This document shows positions 34,372 to 42,247 of a DNA stretch of 61,338 nt, in pieces. The stretch comes from Acidobacteriota bacterium. Its GTDB lineage: Bacteria; Acidobacteriota; UBA890. Made by a program: the position numbers and the translations under genes. The stretch covers positions 1 through 61,338 of the forward strand of contig DASWHK010000225.1 of the NCBI GenBank assembly GCA_036398215.1, in the 5' to 3' direction. The notes beneath the pieces are model-generated. The model saw nothing but the letters and a program-made list of their open reading frames with translations, was not told the origin of the DNA and ran no database searches. Position 1 is the stretch's first letter. Every line of letters starts with the position of its first letter.

Positions 34372-37218
34372 ATGAGCCTGGCTCTCGTCGTGCTGTTGCC
34401 CCTCGCCGGCGCCGCGATCCCGCCGCTGCTGGCGCGCCGCGGCCGCGACCTGGCGGCGCTGGCGACCGGTGCGATCACCGCCGCCTCCTTCCTTCTGCTG
34501 CTGTCGCTCGCCGGGCCGGTCTTCGCCGGCGAGACGCTGCTCGCCGGCCGCGCCTGGATCCCCGCCATCGGCTGGAACGCCTCGTTCATGCTCGACGGCC
34601 TGGGCTTCATGTTCGCCTTCCTGATCCTCGGGATCGGCCTGCTGATCGTCCTGTACGCGCGTTCGTATCTGCCGGACGACGACAACCTCGGCCGCTTCTA
34701 CGCCTACCTGCTGCTGTTCATGGGCGCGATGCTCGGCGTGGTGCTGTCCGACAGCATGCTGATGCTGGTGGTGTTCTGGGAGCTGACCAGCCTCAGCTCG
34801 TTCCTGCTGATCGGCTACTGGAGCCACATGCCGGAGGGCCGCCAGGGCGCCCGCATGGCGCTGGTAGTCACCGGCGCCGGCGGGCTGGCGATGCTCGCCG
34901 GCGTGCTGCTGCTCGGCAACATCGCCGGCAGCTACGAGCTGTCGGTGATCCTCGCCTCGCGGGCGCTGATCGAGGCCAGCCCGCTGCACGGCGTCGCCCT
35001 GGTCCTGATCCTGCTGGGGGCCTTCACCAAGTCGGCGCAGTTTCCGTTCCACTTCTGGCTGCCCCACGCAATGGCGGCGCCGACGCCGGTGAGCGCCTAC
35101 CTCCACTCCGCGACGATGGTCAAGGCGGGCGTCTTCCTGCTGGCCCGCATCTTCCCGGTCTTCGCCGGCGGCGCGCTGTGGTTCTGGCTGGTGGGCGGAG
35201 CCGGGCTCGCCACCGTCACCCTGGCGGCCTACTGGGCGCTCTTCAAGGACGACCTCAAGGCGTTGCTCGCCTACTCGACGATCAGCCACCTGGGGCTGAT
35301 CACGCTGCTGTTCGGCTACGGCACGCCGCTGTCGGCGGCGGCCGGCGTCTTCCACATCCTCAACCACTGCGCCTTCAAGGCGGCGTTGTTCTTGACCGCC
35401 GGCATCGTCGACCACGAGGCGGGGACCCGCGACATCCGTCGTCTCGGTGGCCTCTGGAAGCTGATGCCGGTGACCGGCACGCTGGCCGTCGTCGCCGCCG
35501 CGGCGATGGCCGGCGTGCCGCCGCTCAACGGCTTTCTGAGCAAGGAGATGTGGTTCGAGGAGACCCTCCACGTCCAGGCTCCGGGGCTTCCGGGCTGGCT
35601 GCTGCCGGCGATCGTCGTTCTCGCCGCCCTGCTGAGCGTCGCCTACTCGATCCGCTTCACCGCGGGCACCTTCTTCGGCGCCGCCCCGGCGTCGTACCCG
35701 CACGCGCCCCACGAGCCGCCCAACGGCATGCGGCTGCCGGTCGCGCTGCTGGTGGCCATTTGCGTGGCCGTCGGGCTGCTGCCGATGCTGGTGGCGGGCC
35801 CGCTGGTGGCGACGGCCGGCGCCGCGGTTGCCGGCGCGCCGCTGCCCGAGCTCCACATCGCCCTCTGGCACGGCATCAACGCGCCGCTGCTGATGAGCCT
35901 CGCGGCGCTCGGCGGCGGGGCGCTGCTGTACGCCGGCCGGCGGCAGCTGGTCGCGGCGCACGAGGCGGCACTACCCCGGGTGGTCGCCAAGCGCCTCTAC
36001 GACGGCCTCGTCGAGGGCACCGCCGAGCGGTCGGCGACGCTGACCCTGGCGCTGCAGAACGGCTCGTTGCAGCGCTACCTGTTCCTGCTGGTCGCCTCAG
36101 CGCTGGTCGTCGGCGCCTGGCCCTTCTGGCGGCTCGGCTGGTCGCCGGGATCGCTGGGGGTCACGCCGGTCGACGAGGCCAGCGTCGTCGCCTGGCTGAT
36201 GCTCGTCGTCACCGCGCTGGGGACCGCCGTGTTCCATCGCCGCCGGCTGATCGCTCTCGTGCAGCTCGGCGTCGTCGGCCTGGTGGTGACGCTCGCGTTC
36301 GTGCACTTCTCGGCGCCGGACCTCGCCCTCACCCAGGTCTCGGTGGAGTTCGTCACCATCGTCCTGATCCTGGTCGCCCTCCACCTGCTGCCCAAGACGA
36401 CGCCTCCGGAGTCGTCGGGCGGGCGGCGGGCGCGTGACATCGTCGTGGCGGCGCTGGCGGGCGGCGCCGTCGCCGTGGCGGTCTGGGCGGTGCTGGTCCG
36501 CCCCTTCGAGTCGATCTCCGAGTACCACCTCGCCAACAGCGTCCCCGGCGGCGGCGGCCACAACGTCGTCAACGTCATCCTCGTCGACTTCCGCGGCTAC
36601 GACACCTTCGGCGAGATCAGCGTCCTGGCCATCGCCGGGCTCGGGATCTACGCGCTGGTCGACGCCTTCGGCCTCGGCCAGCTCTTCCCCGGGCGCACCG
36701 ACCATCAGGACGAGAACGCCCACCCGCTGATGCTGTCGGTGATCTCCCAGCTGCTGCTGCCGCTGGCCATGCTGGTGTCGGTGTTCCTCTTCCTGCGCGG
36801 CCACAACGCGCCGGGCGGTGGCTTCATCGCCGGGCTGGTCACCAGCGTCGCGCTGATCCTCCAGTACGTCGCCTTCGGGATGGGATGGACGCACCGGCGC
36901 CTGCCGCAAGACTTCCATCCGCTGATCGGCACCGGCGTGGCGCTCGCCGGGCTCACCGGGGTGGCGAGCTGGGCTTTCGGCGCCCCCTTTCTGACCAGCG
37001 CCCACGGTCACGTGCACCTGCCGCTCATCGGCGACGTCGAGCTGGCCAGCGCGGTGTCGTTCGACCTCGGCGTCTACTTCACCGTCGTCGGCGCGGTGAT
37101 GCTGATCATGGCCAACATGAGCAAGGTCGACAAGCGCGAGGACCTGCTCTCGCTGGAGCGCGAGCGGCAGCGCAGGCTTGCCGTCGAGATGGAGCTCGCG
37201 GAAGGGGGGGAGGTGTAG
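34372..37218 (+). CDS. mrpA: Mrp/Mnh monovalent cation:proton antiporter subunit A (fused A+B, group-2 type)
   Basis: ORF 34141..37218 trimmed to ATG 34372 (MSLALVVLLPLAGAAIPPLL); ATG 34318 is possible. NuoL-like core (WELTSLSSFLLIGYW, SAQFPFHFWLPHAMAAPTPVSAYLHSATMVKAG). The 948-aa length implies a fused MrpB part. Confidence 0.9.
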   Translation: MSLALVVLLPLAGAAIPPLLARRGRDLAALATGAITAASFLLLLSLAGPVFAGETLLAGRAWIPAIGWNASFMLDGLGFMFAFLILGIGLLIVLYARSYLPDDDNLGRFYAYLLLFMGAMLGVVLSDSMLMLVVFWELTSLSSFLLIGYWSHMPEGRQGARMALVVTGAGGLAMLAGVLLLGNIAGSYELSVILASRALIEASPLHGVALVLILLGAFTKSAQFPFHFWLPHAMAAPTPVSAYLHSATMVKAGVFLLARIFPVFAGGALWFWLVGGAGLATVTLAAYWALFKDDLKALLAYSTISHLGLITLLFGYGTPLSAAAGVFHILNHCAFKAALFLTAGIVDHEAGTRDIRRLGGLWKLMPVTGTLAVVAAAAMAGVPPLNGFLSKEMWFEETLHVQAPGLPGWLLPAIVVLAALLSVAYSIRFTAGTFFGAAPASYPHAPHEPPNGMRLPVALLVAICVAVGLLPMLVAGPLVATAGAAVAGAPLPELHIALWHGINAPLLMSLAALGGGALLYAGRRQLVAAHEAALPRVVAKRLYDGLVEGTAERSATLTLALQNGSLQRYLFLLVASALVVGAWPFWRLGWSPGSLGVTPVDEASVVAWLMLVVTALGTAVFHRRRLIALVQLGVVGLVVTLAFVHFSAPDLALTQVSVEFVTIVLILVALHLLPKTTPPESSGGRRARDIVVAALAGGAVAVAVWAVLVRPFESISEYHLANSVPGGGGHNVVNVILVDFRGYDTFGEISVLAIAGLGIYALVDAFGLGQLFPGRTDHQDENAHPLMLSVISQLLLPLAMLVSVFLFLRGHNAPGGGFIAGLVTSVALILQYVAFGMGWTHRRLPQDFHPLIGTGVALAGLTGVASWAFGAPFLTSAHGHVHLPLIGDVELASAVSFDLGVYFTVVGAVMLIMANMSKVDKREDLLSLERERQRRLAVEMELAEGGEV

Positions 37219-37372
37219 GGTGAGCGTCACCAGCATCGCGTTCACGACGCCGAGTGCCCAGGTGGGGGGCTCGCGGAAGGGTCGGAGGTCTAGGGTGATC
37301 GTTGCCATCGTGCTCACGTCCTCCGTGGTCCGGACGGGGCTCCCACCGGAAGAGGAGGTCTAAAGGTGGAGC
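37198..37372 (+). repeat. three diverged tandem units of about 75 bp, each carrying SD-like GGAGGT + stop + GTG (the mrpA/mrpC junction copied three times)
   Basis: Units start at 37198, 37273 and 37346. Unit 1: GCGGAAGGGGGGGAGGTGTAGGGTGAGCG. Unit 2: GCGGAAGGGTCGGAGGTCTAGGGTGATCG. Unit 3: CCGGAAGAGGAGGTCTAAAGGTGGAGC. Aligned by eye. Confidence 0.7.
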
Positions 37373-37710
37373 TGCTGTTCGCCTCCGCGATCGGCATTCT
37401 CGTCGCCTGCGGCGTCTATCTGGTGCTGCGCGGGCGGACCTTCCCGGTGGTCCTCGGCCTGGCGCTGCTCGGCTACGCGGTGAACTTCTTCGTCTTCGCG
37501 ATGGGGCGGCTGGCCGTCGGGCTGGCGCCGATCATCTCCGAGGAGGCGATCGCGTATCCCGACCCGCTGCCCCAGGCGCTGGTGCTCACCGCGATCGTCA
37601 TCGGCTTCGGAATGACCGCGTTCGTCCTCATGCTGGCGGTGCGCGCCAACGTCGAGCTCGGCACCGACCATGTCGACGGGCTGCCCGGCCGCGAAGGACG
37701 GAGCGAATGA
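37366..37710 (+). CDS. mrpC: Mrp antiporter subunit C (NuoK-like)
   Basis: ORF 37366..37710; MELLFASAIGILVACGVYLVLRGRTFPVVLGLALLGYAVNFFVF. Confidence 0.9.
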   Translation: MELLFASAIGILVACGVYLVLRGRTFPVVLGLALLGYAVNFFVFAMGRLAVGLAPIISEEAIAYPDPLPQALVLTAIVIGFGMTAFVLMLAVRANVELGTDHVDGLPGREGRSE

Positions 37711-39248
37711 GCCACTGGATCATCGCCCCGGTCGTGATACCGGCGCTGACCGCGTCGGGCATGCTGGTCGCCCGGCTCGGCCTGAAGGCGCAGCGGGTCG
37801 TGAGCTCCGTCTCGATCGCGGCGCTGCTCGGCACGGCCATCTTCCTGGTCTGGCAGACGGCGGGTGGAGACATCCAGACATACGCGGTGGGGGCGTGGCC
37901 GGCGCCGTTCGGGATCATCCTGGTCCTCGACCGGCTCAGCGGCCTGATGGTGCTGCTGACCGCGGTCGTCGCCCTGTTCAGCCACCTGTACGCCATCCAC
38001 GGCTGGGACGCCCAGGGCGCCAACTACCATGCCATCTTCCAGTTCCAGCTCATGGGGCTGATGGGCGCCTTCCTGACCGGCGATCTGTTCAACCTGTTCG
38101 TCTTCTTCGAGGTCTTGCTGATCGCCTCCTACGGCCTGCTCTTGCACGGCGGCGGCGACGATCAGATGCGCGCCGGCGTTCACTATGTGGTCTTCAACCT
38201 GGTGGGCTCGGCGTTGTTCCTGATCGGCGTCAGCCTCCTGTATGCGGTCACCGGCACGCTGAACATGGCCGACCTGGCGGTCAAGGTTGCCACGGTCGCC
38301 CCGGCCGACGTCGCCCTGGTCCGCGCCGGCGCCCTCGTCCTGCTCGTGGTCTTCTCGGTGAAGGCGGCGCTGCTGCCGCTCTACTTCTGGCTGCCGGCGA
38401 CCTACAGCAGCGCCGTCGCGCCGGTGGCGGCGCTGTTCGCGATCATGACCAAGGTGGGCGTCTACGCGATCCTGCGGGTGTTTGTCCTCATCTTCGGGGC
38501 CGGCGCCGGCGTCGCCGCGCGGGTGAGCGAGCCGTGGCTGTTGCCGCTGGCGCTGGCCACACTGGCGCTGGGCACGCTCGGCGCCATGGCCAGCCGCGGG
38601 TTGCGGCGGATGATCTCGTACCTGGTGATCGCCTCGGTGGGCACGATGCTGACCGCGGTCGCCCTCGGCGGCGTCGCCAGCGTCGCCGCGGCGATCTACT
38701 ACATGATCCACAGCACCGTCATCCTCGCGGCGCTCTTTCTGATCGCCGATCTGATCTCCCGCGAGCGCGGCGCCGCCGGCGATCGGCTGGAGCCGGCGTC
38801 GGCGGTTGCCCATCCGGCGCTGCTCGGCGGCCTGTTCCTGACCGCCGGGATGGCGGTCGCCGGGCTGCCGCCGCTGAGCGGCTTCATCGGTAAGGTGCTG
38901 ATCCTGGAGAGCGCCGTCGAATCGCCGGCGGCGCCGTGGATCTTCACCATCGTGCTGGTGACCGGGCTGCTGACGCTGGTGGCCCTCAGCCGCGCCGGCA
39001 GCACCGTATTCTGGAACGTCGGCGCCGAGCCGAGCGCCGCCGGGCCGGTCCCGGCCTCGACCATGTTCCCCGCCGTCGCGCTCCTCTGCGTGGCGATCGT
39101 TCTGGCGCTGCTGGCCGGCCCGGTCGTCGATTACGCGGCCGCCACGGCGCGCCAGCTCGTCGATCCCGGCGACTACATCGAGGCGGTGCTCGGCGGTGGC
39201 GCCGGCGCCAGCCCGGTCGCCGGCTCGTCCGCAGGAGAAGGCCGATGA
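37707..39248 (+). CDS. mrpD: Mrp antiporter subunit D (NuoN/M-like)
   Basis: ORF 37302..39248 trimmed to ATG 37707 (ATGA overlap with the mrpC stop); MSHWIIAPVVIPALTASG...FNLFVFFEVLLIASYGLL. Confidence 0.9.
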   Translation: MSHWIIAPVVIPALTASGMLVARLGLKAQRVVSSVSIAALLGTAIFLVWQTAGGDIQTYAVGAWPAPFGIILVLDRLSGLMVLLTAVVALFSHLYAIHGWDAQGANYHAIFQFQLMGLMGAFLTGDLFNLFVFFEVLLIASYGLLLHGGGDDQMRAGVHYVVFNLVGSALFLIGVSLLYAVTGTLNMADLAVKVATVAPADVALVRAGALVLLVVFSVKAALLPLYFWLPATYSSAVAPVAALFAIMTKVGVYAILRVFVLIFGAGAGVAARVSEPWLLPLALATLALGTLGAMASRGLRRMISYLVIASVGTMLTAVALGGVASVAAAIYYMIHSTVILAALFLIADLISRERGAAGDRLEPASAVAHPALLGGLFLTAGMAVAGLPPLSGFIGKVLILESAVESPAAPWIFTIVLVTGLLTLVALSRAGSTVFWNVGAEPSAAGPVPASTMFPAVALLCVAIVLALLAGPVVDYAAATARQLVDPGDYIEAVLGGGAGASPVAGSSAGEGR

Positions 39249-39781
39249 GAGAAGCGGGCCCGCGTCGAGGTGGTGGTGAGCCGGGGGCCGCCGTGAGCCG
39301 CTGGCTGCCGCACCCGTTGCTGAGCTGCCTGCTTGCGGCGGTGTGGCTGTTTCTCGTCAACAGCGTCGCGCCGGGGCAGGTGATCCTCGGCATCGTCCTG
39401 GGGCTGGCGATCCCGGCCTTCACGCGGCTGTTCTGGGAGAGGCCGCCCCACGTCTACCGCTACGGGCCCGCCTTCCGGCTCGTTCCGCTGTTCCTGTTCG
39501 ACGTCGTCATCGCCAACATCGCGGTGGCCGCCCTCATCCTCAACTTCCGCCGCCGGCTGCGTCCGGCGTGGATCGTCATCCCGCTCGACATCGAGGACGA
39601 CTACGCCATCGTCACCCTGGGGAGCATGATCACGCTGACGCCGGGTACGGTGACCTCGAAGGTTGCGGCCGACCGCCGCAAGCTCCTCGTCCACGTCGTC
39701 GACACCGCCGACCCGGCCGCCGAGGTGCGGCGGATCAAGGAGCGGTACGAGAAACCGTTGAAGGAGATCTTCGAATGCTGA
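39245..39781 (+). CDS. mrpE: Mrp antiporter subunit E
   Basis: Frame of ORF 38936..39781; ATG 39245 overlaps the mrpD stop. LVNSVAPGQVILGIVLGLAIP...ITLTPGTVTS is typical of MnhE. Confidence 0.8.
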   Translation: MREAGPRRGGGEPGAAVSRWLPHPLLSCLLAAVWLFLVNSVAPGQVILGIVLGLAIPAFTRLFWERPPHVYRYGPAFRLVPLFLFDVVIANIAVAALILNFRRRLRPAWIVIPLDIEDDYAIVTLGSMITLTPGTVTSKVAADRRKLLVHVVDTADPAAEVRRIKERYEKPLKEIFEC

Positions 39782-40044
39782 GCCTCGCCCTGGCTTTCGG
39801 GTTCGCGGCGGTGACCGCAGCGCTGATGCTCTCGCTGTTCCGGCTGATACGGGGGCCCGATCTGCCCGACCGGATCATGGCGGCCGACACCCTCTACGTG
39901 AACGCGATCGCCTTGCTGGTGCTGGTCGGCATCATGCTGGCCGAGGCGCTCTACTTCGAAGCCGCTCTGCTGATCGCCATGATGGGCTTCGTCGGCACCG
40001 TCGCCTGGTGCAAGCACGTCGCCCGAGGAACGATCATCGATTGA
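39775..40044 (+). CDS. mrpF: Mrp antiporter subunit F
   Basis: Frame of ORF 39343..40044; ATG 39775; MLSLALAFGFAAVTAALMLSLFRLIRGPDLPDRIMAADTL. Confidence 0.85.
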   Translation: MLSLALAFGFAAVTAALMLSLFRLIRGPDLPDRIMAADTLYVNAIALLVLVGIMLAEALYFEAALLIAMMGFVGTVAWCKHVARGTIID

Positions 40045-40192
40045 GCACCATGATGACTGGACACGCGAGTGAGACAGGTCGACTTGCCCTCCCGGCACGT
40101 CCGGTAGGGCCCCACTGCCCGGGCGCGGTTCTGCGGGAACCGGTGCGGAACATGGCGACGTCCGCCCACCCGACGGCGACAATGGTGAAGAC

Positions 40193-40585
40193 ATGATCCT
40201 CGAGGTCCTGATCGCGCTGGGGATCATGATCGGGTCGAGTTTCGTCCTGATCGGCTCGATCGGCCTGGTGCGCCTCGGCGACTTCTACAGCCGGCTGCAC
40301 GGGCCGACGAAGGCGACGACGCTGGGGCTGGGGAGCATGCTGCTGGCCTCGGTGTTGTTCTTCAGCCAGCAGGGGGGCATCAGCCTGCACGAGCTGCTGG
40401 TGACCGCCTTCCTGTTTCTCACCGCGCCGGCCAGCGCCCACATGCTGGTCCGCGCCGGCCTCCACCTGCGGGTCGCGGCGATCACCCGCCCTCCCGACGA
40501 CCTCGAGGCATTCCCGGAGACCGCTGGGGGGCCCCTTCCCGAGGCGGCCTCGGGGCAGGGCGAGCGGCGCGGCACGAGCTCGTAG
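40193..40585 (+). CDS. mrpG: Mrp antiporter subunit G
   Basis: ORF 40193..40585; GSIGLVRLGDFYSRLHGPTKATTLG...LTAPASAHMLVRAG. Confidence 0.85.
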   Translation: MILEVLIALGIMIGSSFVLIGSIGLVRLGDFYSRLHGPTKATTLGLGSMLLASVLFFSQQGGISLHELLVTAFLFLTAPASAHMLVRAGLHLRVAAITRPPDDLEAFPETAGGPLPEAASGQGERRGTSS

Positions 40586-40656
40586 ACGACGCCGTTTTCC
40601 TCGGGCCTCGGGTCGTCGCGAGGGGCCCGGCACGAGCTCGTAGGCGTTCCTCGGGC
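40567..40656 (+). repeat. about 58-bp tandem duplication that re-copies the last five codons and stop of mrpG
   Basis: The 15-mer GGCACGAGCTCGTAG occurs at 40571..40585 (the end of mrpG) and again at 40629..40643. Both copies are followed by a (G)CG(T)TTCCTCGGGC-type sequence. Confidence 0.6.
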
Positions 40657-40665
40657 GTTCGCGGA

Positions 40666-40992
40666 TCAGCGCGAGCGGCCCAGCAGGAACTCGTAGGCGG
40701 CGTTGATCTCCTTGAACTTCTCGCTGGTCAGCTCCATGAGCTCGGGGCCGAGGTGGGCGACGCGGTCGGGGTGGTACTTGGCGGCCATCTCCCGGTAGGC
40801 GCGCTTGATCTCGGCGGGCTTTGCGCCGTCGTAGAGGCCGAGCACCGCCAGCGCCTTGCGGCGCCGCTCGGCGTTGCCGGCCGACGGTCGCCGCGAGCCG
40901 GGCTTGCGCTGCCCGACGTTCTCGAGCACGGCGCGCACGATGGTCAGCAGCAGCCAGACGATCAGGAATCCGAGGACGAAGCGGAACAGCAT
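40666..40992 (-). CDS. membrane-anchored J-domain (DnaJ-like) protein
   Basis: ORF 40666..40992. N-terminal TM helix; J domain LGLYDGAKPAEIKRAYREMAAKYHPDRV with HPD. Confidence 0.85.
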   Translation of the reverse strand: MLFRFVLGFLIVWLLLTIVRAVLENVGQRKPGSRRPSAGNAERRRKALAVLGLYDGAKPAEIKRAYREMAAKYHPDRVAHLGPELMELTSEKFKEINAAYEFLLGRSR

Positions 40993-41207
40993 CCATCAAG
41001 TATGCCCGAGGCCGCGATAGCTGTCTGCCGTCGCCTCTTCGTCAGCGTGTTCCTCATGGACCTCCGACCTGCCCGTTTCTCCGTCGAAGTTCCACGGCTG
41101 CTATCGTTGCCGACTCGTCCCGGCATTGGGGCTGCCCATCGCTGCGCCGGGACCGCGAGCCTCGGTCACCACCCGGCGAGGATTGCCGGGTCGGGATCCA
41201 CGCGCCC

Positions 41208-41945
41208 ATGAGCTTCGACGCAAGACAGGTCTTGGTTAGCTGCGAGCACGCCAGCAATGCCCTGCCGGAGGGCATGGAGGCGCCGGCCGAACTGCTCGAG
41301 CTGCACATCGCCTGGGACCCGGGCGCCCTGGTGATCGCCCGCCGGCTCGCCGAGCTCTTCGCCGCCCCGCTGCACCAGGGGAAATACTCGCGGCTGGTCG
41401 TCGACCTCAACCGCACGGTGGGCAACTCGCGGCTGGTGCGCAAGGTCTCGGACGGCCACCGGATCCCGTTCAACCGCGGCATCGGCGCCGCCGAGATCCA
41501 GCGGCGGATCGAGCGCTACTACCTGCCCTATCGCAACGCGGTGGCCGACGACGTGGCGCGGATCATCGCCTGCCGCGGGCGCTGTGTGCACCTGTGCATC
41601 CACACGTTCACGCCGAGGCTTGGCGAGCGGCTGCGCGGCAACGACATCGGCCTGCTCTACGACCCGCACCGGCAGCCGGAGGTCGCCCTGGTCCGCGAGC
41701 TGCGCGGGGCGCTGGCGCGGCGCACCGGCCTGGTCGTCTGGCTCAACCGGCCCTACCAGGGCACCGCCGACGGGATCCTGCCGAGGATCCGCGAGCAGCA
41801 CGCCGCCGAGCGCTTCGTCGCCATCGAGCTCGAGGTCAACCAGAAGCTCGCCGGCGATCGCCGCCGGCTCGAGGCCATCGCCGAGGACTTCGCCGGCTGT
41901 CTTCGCGACCTGCAAGGATGGTCGGTGGCCTGTCGGGCAACTTGA
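41208..41945 (+). CDS. N-formylglutamate amidohydrolase (FGase) family protein
   Basis: ORF 40821..41945 trimmed to ATG 41208; VSCEHASNALPEG...SRLVVDLNR...HLCIHTFTP...VWLNRPYQGTADG. Confidence 0.8.
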   Translation: MSFDARQVLVSCEHASNALPEGMEAPAELLELHIAWDPGALVIARRLAELFAAPLHQGKYSRLVVDLNRTVGNSRLVRKVSDGHRIPFNRGIGAAEIQRRIERYYLPYRNAVADDVARIIACRGRCVHLCIHTFTPRLGERLRGNDIGLLYDPHRQPEVALVRELRGALARRTGLVVWLNRPYQGTADGILPRIREQHAAERFVAIELEVNQKLAGDRRRLEAIAEDFAGCLRDLQGWSVACRAT

Positions 41946-42104
41946 CAAATGACGGCATCACGCGGCGCGAAGAACGCGGAAACGCCCGGGAGTGGTCGGC
42001 GGCCCCGTCGGGCATCTGACAAAGACGGCATCACGCGGCGCGAAGAACGCAGAAACGTCCGGGAGGGGTCGGCGGCTCTGTCGGGCATCTGACAAATGAC
42101 GACG
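41932..42104 (+). repeat. 2.3 tandem copies of a 73-75-bp unit that begins inside the last codons of the FGase gene
   Basis: GTCGGGCA[A/T]C[T]TGACAAA[T]GACG starts at 41932, 42007 and 42080. Units 1 and 2 are near-identical over about 73 nt (GACGGCATCACGCGGCGCGAAGAACGC[G/A]GAAACG[C/T]CCGGGAG). Confidence 0.8.
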
Positions 42105-42247
42105 ATCCGATCTTTGCGTGAAGGCGGCGGCGTGCTATCTGTGTCGTTGTGCTGGTGAGTATCCAGCGGAGACCTTCCTGGCTCCGCTGATCCCGGCGCT
42201 CTGGTTTTCCTCCCCGCGCGGCGCCAACGGGCGCCTTGTCGCCGATC

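Noticed and set aside
37178-37363. 61-aa plus-strand ORF between mrpA and mrpC as a genuine Mrp subunit
   Set aside because: Its sequence derives from the junction repeats and is Arg/Ser/Gly-rich. It resembles no Mrp subunit, and MrpB appears fused to MrpA. It is treated as a by-product of the repeat (see finding), not as a gene.
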